54,750 nt of DNA from a virus. Position numbers and translations under genes: made by a program. The notes below the pieces were generated by a model, which saw only the letters and a program-made list of their open reading frames with translations, was not told the DNA's origin and made no database searches. Numbering within the stretch: position 1 is the stretch's first letter; every line of letters starts with the position of its first letter. The DNA is taken from IMG/VR virus record IMGVR_UViG_3300022936_000001. The stretch is one strand, 5' to 3'. Shown here piece by piece: positions 16,209 through 24,206 of the stretch.

Positions 16209-16703
16209 TTAAAATTTAACCCCCTTATAAATGAGGTATTGTAAATGATCTAATTTTGTTGTTAGTAATTCCCCTGTATCAGTTTTAAATATTTTATTTT
16301 CTAAATCTATGGTCAAAAATGAATGAGCTTTTTTATGTTCTGAAACACTCATTAAAAATACATCCTTAAGATATTCGTCTTCATAACTCCAATGATGTAA
16401 TTCAAAGCCTTTAGGTACTTTAAAATCTCTATGCAAGTTTTTTAATATAGGGTTTTTAGTCCAAGGCTTGTCCTTATTCCATATTTTTTGCTTTTCCTTG
16501 TAATTTAATTTAACATATTTATCACGATGTCTTTGCCTGTCTTTTTCAAGTCCTTCAGGTGTAGATCTTATTTTAGCCTCGGTAATTGAACTGTCTTTTT
16601 TAGTACAGCTTTTGCATTTACCCAAGTAACCATCTTTCATTTGTGCGTGCTTATAGAAATCACTTAACGGTAACTCTAAGTTGCATTTAAAGCATATCTT
16701 CAT
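16209..16703 (-). CDS. HNH homing-type endonuclease
   Basis: N-terminal CFKC...CKSC cysteine pairs; C-terminal ELHHWSY...SEHKKAH His-Me finger-like motif; has its own promoter box. Confidence 0.65.
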   Translation of the reverse strand: MKICFKCNLELPLSDFYKHAQMKDGYLGKCKSCTKKDSSITEAKIRSTPEGLEKDRQRHRDKYVKLNYKEKQKIWNKDKPWTKNPILKNLHRDFKVPKGFELHHWSYEDEYLKDVFLMSVSEHKKAHSFLTIDLENKIFKTDTGELLTTKLDHLQYLIYKGVKF

Positions 16704-16720
16704 ATATTTTATATTTTATA

Positions 16721-16728
16721 CAAAGATA
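16721..16728 (-). promoter_or_regulatory. -7 promoter box (TATCTTTG on minus strand) for the HNH gene
   Basis: TAnnTTTG 17 nt upstream of ATG 16703. Confidence 0.45.
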
Positions 16729-16777
16729 TGCTTTACTTAGAAAGGTTGATTAATTTAACACTTATTTAACTACCATT

Positions 16778-17281
16778 TTAAAAAGGCAAATCTGAATCAT
16801 CATCGTTAGCAGCAGTAGCGCCTGCCTCCCACACCCCTTTACCCTGAGCAACCAAAACATCATACGTCCACCCTGGCGTTGCCAAATACCTATCTAACGG
16901 TATTGTTGCATCGGTATGTTTATATGTTTTCGGTGGTGCGGCAGCGCGTACTGAAGGGGCAGCGGGTGTAGCAGGCGATTGTGGTGCTGCAGAACCTGCA
17001 ACGGCATTTCCAGCCTCAACACGCCAGCCTTGTATGGAATTAAAGTATTTAGTTTCTCCTTGTGGATTTATCCACTCACGTCCTCGTAAATTTATCGAAA
17101 CCTTTACGGGCTGACCAACAGCGTAACCGTTAAGTAATTCGCATTTACCCTGCGTAAATTCTATTAAAATATGTTGAGGGTATTGCTCATCCGTTGTAAC
17201 AACACATTCTCTTTTTTCAAAACCATTAGTGCCGAACGCGGCGGTTTCTGTAAGCATCTTTATTCTACCTGTAACCTCCAT
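16778..17281 (-). CDS. single-stranded DNA-binding protein, DUF3127-type OB fold with SSB-like acidic tip
   Basis: N-terminus MEVTGRIKMLTETAAFGTNGFEKRECVVTTDEQYPQHILIEF matches my recollection of the DUF3127 family; Pro/Ala linker; C-terminus DDDSDLPF. Confidence 0.7.
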   Translation of the reverse strand: MEVTGRIKMLTETAAFGTNGFEKRECVVTTDEQYPQHILIEFTQGKCELLNGYAVGQPVKVSINLRGREWINPQGETKYFNSIQGWRVEAGNAVAGSAAPQSPATPAAPSVRAAAPPKTYKHTDATIPLDRYLATPGWTYDVLVAQGKGVWEAGATAANDDDSDLPF

Positions 17282-17356
17282 AATTTTATGCGTTATCCCG
17301 CCGGATTTAAATTGTTGTTTTTTTTATAATTTGTTTCCGTTAGTATATTTAACCCA

Positions 17357-17803
17357 TTAAGGAGCCGGTACTGGCGGCGCATAAACCGGGATACTTACAA
17401 TTCTATTAGGTATTCCTTTTTTATCAGCCAAATCAATCGTATGTTTCGTACCTCGGCTTACACCGTCCCAAAATGCAATCAGCATATCTGAATTATCTAC
17501 TATTTCCTGATTACGCTTCAAGGGTGCTGATTTACCAAATTCCGAATAGTTAGGGTAAAATATAAGTATCGGTAAATCATTATCGCTGCAATACCGTTCA
17601 ATTAAATTATCTGCACCCGTTTTACAGCCACCGCTTACGAAATATATATCAGGAATGTTTTTAGTGAAATAATCTATCTTAGCAGCGAATAAATTATAAT
17701 CGTAGAAATTACGAGAACCTATGACGGCTACGCGATTTCCTACGGGGCTAACACCGTAATTTGCTTCGAATAGGTTATTAAATGTTTCGATGTGGTCGCT
17801 CAT
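17357..17803 (-). CDS. DUF2493 / SLOG-superfamily protein
   Basis: VSGGCKTGADNLIERY...PLKRNQEIV...LIAFWDGVSRGTKHTIDLADKKGIP matches the DUF2493 pattern as I recall it. Confidence 0.6.
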   Translation of the reverse strand: MSDHIETFNNLFEANYGVSPVGNRVAVIGSRNFYDYNLFAAKIDYFTKNIPDIYFVSGGCKTGADNLIERYCSDNDLPILIFYPNYSEFGKSAPLKRNQEIVDNSDMLIAFWDGVSRGTKHTIDLADKKGIPNRIVSIPVYAPPVPAP

Positions 17804-17991
17804 GGTTTACGGTTTTGTTTAGTGCCTTTGGGCTGCCAACGACCTACCGTAAAATGATTAGCATTTTTTTTATAGACCTCTTCATATACCCCAACTAACT
17901 CAACCTGATTTAATGCAGGGTAATTTTGCACCATTATATTTTCGTATGAACTATAATTAAAATCGGTTATTATCTTATATCCTTTTCTCAT
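17800..17991 (-). CDS. hypothetical protein (63 aa)
   Basis: Track ORF, 4-nt overlap with its neighbour. Confidence 0.5.
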   Translation of the reverse strand: MRKGYKIITDFNYSSYENIMVQNYPALNQVELVGVYEEVYKKNANHFTVGRWQPKGTKQNRKP

Positions 17992-17995
17992 AACT

Positions 17996-18748
17996 CTATT
18001 TATTAAATACCCATTCAGGTAAACTTATTGTTTTAATTTCTTCACTCACGCCGCCCCATTTGCCTGATTCCAGACATTCCATATAGATTTTGCTGGCAGC
18101 GATATATTCCTCACGTCCTAACTGAATGCTTCTGTCGTTTAAAACCGATACCTGTATATTGTAAGGAGGTTTTTCCTCAACAACAACAAAAACTACAGGC
18201 ATGTGGAATAAATCCATTAGAATAGCTGCTTTACGATGCCTGTTAAATAACGCTGCGTCCTTAGCGGTAGTTTCGATGTCTTTAGTACTCGTCAGGTTAA
18301 TGATTAATCCTGCATCTGAAATCCAATGTGGTTTTATTGATATTACCGCTTCGGTTTCGGGGTGGCAAAATTCTGTAGCCTCTCCCACCTTACCTGAATT
18401 GAATAATATTTTACAGGTTGCGTGTTCGTGGATAGCAGCAGTCATTGCCGGTATAGCATCGTATTTATCCGAGGGTATCAGGAATTGATTATTGGCAGCG
18501 CATGTTTTAACCAGGGTATCGTAATCGAGTTTCTCCAACGGTTTACGTTTATCTAATACGGGCATTCTAACATACAGCCGTTTAAACTCCGCATAATCTA
18601 AAACCGATGCCCGTAATGCATTATCGAAAACCGTAGCTGCTGATGGAACGTATTCATCCCTGTCCTCACGCAGGTAATGATACCAGTATTGCTTAGGGGA
18701 TTTCAGGATAAGGTCTAAGCCGTGTTTAGTTATCGAATTAGACTGCAT
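17996..18748 (-). CDS. PD-(D/E)XK-family exonuclease (RecE/exonuclease VIII-like partner of the annealase)
   Basis: Size, N-terminal SITKHGLDLILKSPKQYWYHYL pattern and synteny with the RecT-like gene; catalytic residues not mapped. Confidence 0.5.
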   Translation of the reverse strand: MQSNSITKHGLDLILKSPKQYWYHYLREDRDEYVPSAATVFDNALRASVLDYAEFKRLYVRMPVLDKRKPLEKLDYDTLVKTCAANNQFLIPSDKYDAIPAMTAAIHEHATCKILFNSGKVGEATEFCHPETEAVISIKPHWISDAGLIINLTSTKDIETTAKDAALFNRHRKAAILMDLFHMPVVFVVVEEKPPYNIQVSVLNDRSIQLGREEYIAASKIYMECLESGKWGGVSEEIKTISLPEWVFNK

Positions 18749-19250
18749 GCTGTTTCAGGTAAAAATCCATTTTTTCAAACATATCTCTATATACAGGCAG
18801 AAATAATAAAGTTTTGAAATTTGCAGCCTCCTTACGGTAAACCTCAATCATTCGGCTATTTGTCGCAACCGAATATTGAAGATTAGCGATACGGTCACAT
18901 ATTTTTACAAACGTAGCATATTGACAGTCACGAATACCTTTATAGTATTTTTCGTTAGCGCGTTCTTTCCTGGTCTTACCTTTTTCGTTAGTCACAGCGT
19001 AAACTATATCCGCAACATGAACGCCTGCATTTTCTTTAATATCATTATAGGTTTTTCTGCAATCTTCAATTAAATCGTGACACCAGCACGCCTGTATTAC
19101 AATATCTATATCCGAAACCGGTATAAGGTACGAAAACTGTTTAGCGGTATTAGCAACCATTTCTAAATGCAACTGATACGGTTTACCATCGTATTTGTGG
19201 TTGGCATCTTCATGGCAGGATATTGCCCATTCTTTTATTAGGTTTGTCAT
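18738..19250 (-). CDS. HD-domain phosphohydrolase, SpoT/Mesh1-like (small alarmone hydrolase candidate)
   Basis: H...KYDGKPYQLHLEMV ... CWCHDLIEDC ... VADIVYAVT matches the HD_4 / RelA-SpoT hydrolase motif order. Confidence 0.6.
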   Translation of the reverse strand: MTNLIKEWAISCHEDANHKYDGKPYQLHLEMVANTAKQFSYLIPVSDIDIVIQACWCHDLIEDCRKTYNDIKENAGVHVADIVYAVTNEKGKTRKERANEKYYKGIRDCQYATFVKICDRIANLQYSVATNSRMIEVYRKEAANFKTLLFLPVYRDMFEKMDFYLKQHAV

Positions 19251-19252
19251 GA

Positions 19253-19630
19253 TTACAATTCAATTATTTCATTAATATTTTCCCTAACCAAATCCTTGTC
19301 CAAACCGGAACGAACTGCTAAAACACATATTGCGTTACTTAAGTTTAATTCGTTTTTGTTTTTAATAGATATTTTAATCATATCAATTAAACCGTTAGAT
19401 TTAATTATTGCAGATCGCAGCATTGTTTTTTCAAAAGGCAATAAACCTATAACTTTACTGGCATTTTCCCAGCATTCGGATTCGGTTTCTGCTTCAGCGA
19501 TGGATTTAAAACGCTCAAACTCGTCTGTTATATTATCGTTGCCGGCGTTGATGTGGCACACCCTTAAATTACCTTTAAAACCGATGGTGGCGTGTGGGTA
19601 GACTTTTAACACTCTTTCTTTTGGGTTCAT
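19253..19630 (-). CDS. hypothetical protein (125 aa)
   Basis: Track ORF in the operon. Confidence 0.55.
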   Translation of the reverse strand: MNPKERVLKVYPHATIGFKGNLRVCHINAGNDNITDEFERFKSIAEAETESECWENASKVIGLLPFEKTMLRSAIIKSNGLIDMIKISIKNKNELNLSNAICVLAVRSGLDKDLVRENINEIIEL

Positions 19631-19854
19631 AAGTCGCGTTGTTTTAGCATTAAATCGGCATAAGTATAAGCGTTTATAGCCAAGTCGTCTACAAAATCAG
19701 CTACAACATCTATGCTTAACTCATTTTTAGCAGAAATACCTGTAATCATAGCCTGCATGGCTTTAGCAGCAAAATAATCTCTTAATGTCATTCCGTTAAC
19801 TACGGTTTCTTTTGAAATAGGGAATGCAGCTTGATTTTTAATGTAATGGTTCAT
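19627..19854 (-). CDS. hypothetical protein (75 aa), first gene of the minus-strand early operon
   Basis: Track ORF; promoter box 20 nt upstream. Confidence 0.55.
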   Translation of the reverse strand: MNHYIKNQAAFPISKETVVNGMTLRDYFAAKAMQAMITGISAKNELSIDVVADFVDDLAINAYTYADLMLKQRDL

Positions 19855-19874
19855 AATTTCATATTTTAGTTCAG

Positions 19875-19882
19875 CAAACCTA
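19875..19882 (-). promoter_or_regulatory. -7 promoter box (TAGGTTTG on minus strand)
   Basis: TAnnTTTG 20 nt upstream of ATG 19854. Confidence 0.5.
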
Positions 19883-19910
19883 CAACTAACATTTTAAATA
19901 AAAAAATATT

Positions 19911-19920
19911 TTTACGTAAA
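19911..19920. promoter_or_regulatory. 10-bp perfect palindrome TTTACGTAAA between divergent promoters (operator candidate)
   Basis: Self-complementary sequence located between the two -7 boxes. Confidence 0.35.
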
Positions 19921-19929
19921 TTTAGTTAT

Positions 19930-19937
19930 TATATTTG
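19930..19937 (+). promoter_or_regulatory. -7 promoter box TATATTTG
   Basis: TAnnTTTG 20 nt upstream of ATG 19958. Confidence 0.55.
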
Positions 19938-19957
19938 CCATGTAAAATTAATATAAA

Positions 19958-20155
19958 ATGAAAGAAACACGAAAACAAGAGATTATACGTCTATGCGAAG
20001 AAATAGGCGTAAAACCATCGGACGTATTAAGAGAGGCTAAAGTACCTTACTCTACAATACATAATTGGGAGGAAGATCCAAAGGCTTTCCAGACGTATGA
20101 TAAGATAAAGGAAACTATCACGGCGTTAGCTGCCAGTAAATCTGAAAGTTTATGA
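19958..20155 (+). CDS. small helix-turn-helix DNA-binding protein (65 aa), early regulator candidate
   Basis: PSDVLREAKVPYSTIHNW looks like an HTH; first gene after the divergent promoter. Confidence 0.5.
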   Translation: MKETRKQEIIRLCEEIGVKPSDVLREAKVPYSTIHNWEEDPKAFQTYDKIKETITALAASKSESL

Positions 20156-20529
20156 TACAGGCTAATGAATTGCGTATTGGGAACTGGTTAGCCGACAAGC
20201 AAAACCGAAAAGGCAAGGTTATTGAATTAACCCCAAGAACTATAACTGTAAAAATGCCGTTTTCAAAACTAAAAGATACTTATATCGGTAAATCGGCTTT
20301 TAAAGGAATACCAATAACCGAAGATATTTTATTGAAGGCTGGGTTTGAGAAAAACGGAAGCTATAAAGAAATAAAACTAAATCAGGTATCAATTACTATT
20401 AAGCTTTTAGATGGAGAGTATTTTTTAGTAGATGCTTCAGGATGGTATGGTAAGGGTTTTATTTACCTACATAGTTTACAGAATTTAATATACGCCCTTA
20501 CCGGCACAGAACTAACTATTAATTTATAA
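20152..20529 (+). CDS. hypothetical protein (125 aa)
   Basis: Track ORF, ATGA overlap. Confidence 0.55.
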   Translation: MIQANELRIGNWLADKQNRKGKVIELTPRTITVKMPFSKLKDTYIGKSAFKGIPITEDILLKAGFEKNGSYKEIKLNQVSITIKLLDGEYFLVDASGWYGKGFIYLHSLQNLIYALTGTELTINL

Positions 20530-20533
20530 CCCT

Positions 20534-22099
20534 ATGTTAGCCCTAACCCCCCGCGACTATCAGGAAGATGGTCTAACAGATATTACACAAGCTTTTAAGG
20601 AGGGTTGCGACGAAGTTTTATATGTAAGTCCCACGGGATCTGGCAAAACTGTGTTATTTACATACATTTCGCTTAAGGCTAATTTAAAAGGCTCTAAAGG
20701 GATAATCTTAGTCCACCGTATAGAATTACTAAGGCAAACCTCAAAAGCCCTCCTTAAGTTCGAAGTAGAGCATGGTATGGTAAATTCCTTATACACGCCA
20801 AACTTTCAAACTAATATTCAAGTTGCAAGTGTTGGAACGATAGTTGGAAGGTTGAATTATTTTGCCTCAATAAACTGGATTCCTGATTTTATAATAATTG
20901 ACGAGTGCCACCACAGTAACGCTAAATCGTACACTAAAATAATTGATTTTTTTAAAGAGCAAAATTCAAAATTACGGATTATAGGCGTAACCGCCACACC
21001 AACACGTTCCGATGGTCAGGGCTTAGGTATTGATTATGGCGGTCATTTCAGCAGGTTAATAATGGGGCCGCAAGCTAAATGGCTAATGGAACAGGGTTAT
21101 CTTGTTTACCCTAAAGTTTACGGAACTCCCGAATATTTGGATTTATCGAAAATAGACAAGTCAGGTGCTGACTATAATAAGCAGCAACTTTCAGATTTAG
21201 TTGATAAACCTAAAATTACTGGCAGCGCAGTACAGCATTACGAGGAATTATGCAACGGAGTACCAACAATTGTGTTTTGTGTTACGGTGGCGCACGCTGA
21301 ACACGTGGCAGAGGAATTTAGACAATCAGGGCATAAATTTTACTCTATAGACGGTAACACCGATGACGATAGGCGCGAATGGCTTATTAATGGATTAGCT
21401 ACAGGCGAAGTACAAGGTTTAACATCTTGCGAATTAATATCAGAGGGTACGGATATACCAAGAGCAACCTGCGCTATAGAATTACGCCCAACGCAAAGTA
21501 AGACGCTTAATATGCAGCAGCGAGGCAGGGTTTTAAGGCCGGTATACGCGGATGGGTATGATTTAAAAACTCAGGCTGGACGTTTAGCAGCAATAGCAGC
21601 ATCTGAAAAACCTTATGCTATAATTTTAGACCACGTAAATAATACACAACGTCATGGACTACCGACTGATATTCAGGAATGGACTTTGGAGGGAGAACGC
21701 AAAAAACGCGGCTCTAAAAAACAGGAAACCACCGTAAGGGTCACACAATGCCTTAGCTGCTTCGCAGTACATGAACCTGCGCCTGTATGTCCTGAATGCG
21801 GGCATGTTTATCCTATACGCGATACCACACCGAAACAGGTGGAAGGAAAATTGCAGGAAATTACAGAAGTTGATATTATTAAGAAGCAAGCGCGTAAAGA
21901 GCAGGGGCAGACGCAGGGGTTGGAAGCATTATTGAAACGAGCGCAGGAATTAGGACATAAACCGGCATGGGCGCACCATATAAATAATGCCCGGCTAAAG
22001 AAAATGGAAAAATTGATGCCTGTAATTGTTTCGGTGGCAGAACCCGAACTGGTAAATCAGGATACAGAACACGAATTTAGTAACGATTTAGAATTTTAG
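20534..22099 (+). CDS. SF2 DEAD/DEAH-box DNA helicase with C-terminal zinc ribbon
   Basis: Motif I SPTGSGKT, motif II IIIDECHH, motif III VTATPTR, motif VI QQRGRVLR; CLSC...CPEC zinc ribbon; acidic tail ...SNDLEF. Confidence 0.85.
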   Translation: MLALTPRDYQEDGLTDITQAFKEGCDEVLYVSPTGSGKTVLFTYISLKANLKGSKGIILVHRIELLRQTSKALLKFEVEHGMVNSLYTPNFQTNIQVASVGTIVGRLNYFASINWIPDFIIIDECHHSNAKSYTKIIDFFKEQNSKLRIIGVTATPTRSDGQGLGIDYGGHFSRLIMGPQAKWLMEQGYLVYPKVYGTPEYLDLSKIDKSGADYNKQQLSDLVDKPKITGSAVQHYEELCNGVPTIVFCVTVAHAEHVAEEFRQSGHKFYSIDGNTDDDRREWLINGLATGEVQGLTSCELISEGTDIPRATCAIELRPTQSKTLNMQQRGRVLRPVYADGYDLKTQAGRLAAIAASEKPYAIILDHVNNTQRHGLPTDIQEWTLEGERKKRGSKKQETTVRVTQCLSCFAVHEPAPVCPECGHVYPIRDTTPKQVEGKLQEITEVDIIKKQARKEQGQTQGLEALLKRAQELGHKPAWAHHINNARLKKMEKLMPVIVSVAEPELVNQDTEHEFSNDLEF

Positions 22100-22102
22100 A
22101 TT

Positions 22103-22366
22103 ATGGGAGTTACTAAAGTTAAATTATTTACCCTTGAAGAAATATCAAAGAATACAGGCGTAAAATTACCGTGCTTAAACAGCAGATTTAAATCCAGAGG
22201 TTTAAAAGGAAAAGTTATAACGATAAGAAACACACGCTATTTCACTAAAGAGCAGGCAGATTTATTGTCGGTTAAAAAAATAACCCTTTACAGGGTAATT
22301 AAAAAACCTAAAAAACCATATTTCGAGTTCGCTAATATAATCGTAGAACCTAATGTTCGTACCTAA
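22103..22366 (+). CDS. hypothetical basic protein (87 aa), possible DNA-binding partner of the HNH gene
   Basis: Track ORF overlapping the HNH ORF start. Confidence 0.45.
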   Translation: MGVTKVKLFTLEEISKNTGVKLPCLNSRFKSRGLKGKVITIRNTRYFTKEQADLLSVKKITLYRVIKKPKKPYFEFANIIVEPNVRT

Positions 22367-22784
22367 AAAAATATTATTCCAAATTTCACAAAACAAAAAG
22401 AATGATGGCGTATATTGCTGTGCTATTTCATGCCGTAATAAACCGTGCGCTAAGAAAGCTGGGTTGTGTCATAAACACTATCACAGACACAGGCGAATAA
22501 TCGACCCTGTATATGACAGATACGCGAACTTCAAACATAAAGCATTGTCACGAAAAAAGGAATTTACCATAACATTAATGGAGTTCAGAGGATTTTGCGA
22601 AAAAACAGGATATATTATTACTAAAGGAATGCGAGGCTACCGCTACACAGTTGATCGAATAAATAATAATTACGGCTATCATATTTGGAATATCCAATTA
22701 TTGAGCCTGATTGCAAACATTGAAAAATACCACGAAGTAGATAAATTATTAACTGAACCCAATGAAGGGGAAATATTATTTTAA
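22353..22784 (+). CDS. HNH-like endonuclease (143 aa, degenerate motif)
   Basis: Cys/His-rich CCAISCRNKPC...CHKHYHRH and VDRINNNYGYHIWNIQLLSLIANIEK, resembling an HNH_3-type core. Confidence 0.5.
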   Translation: MFVPKKILFQISQNKKNDGVYCCAISCRNKPCAKKAGLCHKHYHRHRRIIDPVYDRYANFKHKALSRKKEFTITLMEFRGFCEKTGYIITKGMRGYRYTVDRINNNYGYHIWNIQLLSLIANIEKYHEVDKLLTEPNEGEILF

Positions 22785-22787
22785 ATT

Positions 22788-23048
22788 ATGTATAAAAAAA
22801 TTAAAGAATTGCCAGTAACAGGTAAAATTATAGTACCTAATCGTGAAGCGTCCGAAGCGTTACAAAATGAATTATTTAAAAAAGGATATGATTGGTTTTG
22901 TCAAGATAACAAACAGATAAGGCATACCGATAAGTTTGCTATAGTTTTTGAAGAATTAGATATGTCGATATGCTATACTGATGGATTTAATAAATACGAC
23001 AAGCATATTGATAAATTTAAATTTAATAAATTCTTTAAACCTGTATAA
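22788..23048 (+). CDS. hypothetical protein (86 aa)
   Basis: Track ORF. Confidence 0.5.
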   Translation: MYKKIKELPVTGKIIVPNREASEALQNELFKKGYDWFCQDNKQIRHTDKFAIVFEELDMSICYTDGFNKYDKHIDKFKFNKFFKPV

Positions 23049-23050
23049 CC

Positions 23051-23242
23051 ATGAACCAATTAACCGAATTAGCATGGTGCTGGCGTTTCTTGATATTCAG
23101 CGGCGTTATACTATGGATTATAATCCTGATATGGATATACTGGATTATAGAAATAAAAATATCTGATTGGAAAGATAATCGGAAGCGCGATCACGATATG
23201 GAGAATTTGAAACGTATAAATAAAAATATCCTGCATGAGTAA
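23051..23242 (+). CDS. small membrane protein (63 aa)
   Basis: WCWRFLIFSGVILWIIILIWIYWII hydrophobic segment. Confidence 0.5.
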   Translation: MNQLTELAWCWRFLIFSGVILWIIILIWIYWIIEIKISDWKDNRKRDHDMENLKRINKNILHE

Positions 23243-23789
23243 CATCCTAATAATAGACATAGAAACCACCGACTTCCAAGCCCGTAATGGTAAAATAGTT
23301 GAAGTCGGTATCGTAGACCTTAACCTGAATACAGGCGAACGTAAAATTATATTCGATAAGGTCTGCCACGAACGACCGATAACCCGCGAACACGTTGAGA
23401 AATCATGGATTGTAAATAATTCAGATTTAACTGTTCAGGATATACAGCGCAGCCCTCAGCTATTACACCTGCAGTATGAAATTCAGGATATACTGTATAA
23501 TTACCCATTGGGTGCAACGGCATTTAATAACGCTTTCGATTTCGGGTTTTTAGAATCCAGGGGATTTATATTTCCCAAGAAATTAGCCTGCCCGATGAAA
23601 TTAAGTACTGATTTATGTAGGCTACCTAAAAAAACTGGTTACGGCTGGAAATGGCCTAACGTTGAGGAATGCCACAAATTTTTATTTGGCGACGTTGGGT
23701 ATATTGAAAAACACAGGGGCGCGGATGATGCGTATTTTGAGGCAGAGATAGTTTACGAATTATATAAGAGAGGAATATTTAAAATTTAA
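23235..23789 (+). CDS. DEDDh 3'-5' exonuclease (DnaQ-like)
   Basis: ExoI IIDIETT, ExoII NNAFDFGFL, ExoIII HRGADDAYFEAE. Confidence 0.8.
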   Translation: MSNILIIDIETTDFQARNGKIVEVGIVDLNLNTGERKIIFDKVCHERPITREHVEKSWIVNNSDLTVQDIQRSPQLLHLQYEIQDILYNYPLGATAFNNAFDFGFLESRGFIFPKKLACPMKLSTDLCRLPKKTGYGWKWPNVEECHKFLFGDVGYIEKHRGADDAYFEAEIVYELYKRGIFKI

Positions 23790-23792
23790 TCT

Positions 23793-24206
23793 ATGGAACA
23801 TAAATCAGAATCCAACATAATGCGCGTTATCCAGTTAGCGTTATCGGCTGCAGGCGTTAAAATATTCAGGAACAATATCGGGACTTGTTGGACGGGTGCA
23901 TCAAAAAAATTCACGTCAAAACAAACCGTTAATGTACAGGCAGGTGACGTATTAATTCAAAATGCTCGTATACTACATGCTGGCTTATGCGTGGGCAGCA
24001 GCGATTTAATAGGCTGGAAAACCATAACAGTAACTCCTGAAATGGTAGGCAATAAAATTGCCGTATTCGTAGGTTGCGAAGTTAAAAACCAGTCAGGGCG
24101 CGCCACAAAAGAACAGATTGCATTTATTAACGTATTGAACGAATCAGGAGGACGCGGTTTTATAGCCCGTAACCCTGAAGAGGCATTGAAGGGGGTAGGG
24201 TTATGA
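23793..24206 (+). CDS. VRR-NUC domain nuclease
   Basis: SDLIGW ... VGCEVKNQSGRATKEQIAFINVLNESGG (D...E-x-K plus the Q-containing helix) typical of VRR-NUC. Confidence 0.7.
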   Translation: MEHKSESNIMRVIQLALSAAGVKIFRNNIGTCWTGASKKFTSKQTVNVQAGDVLIQNARILHAGLCVGSSDLIGWKTITVTPEMVGNKIAVFVGCEVKNQSGRATKEQIAFINVLNESGGRGFIARNPEEALKGVGL

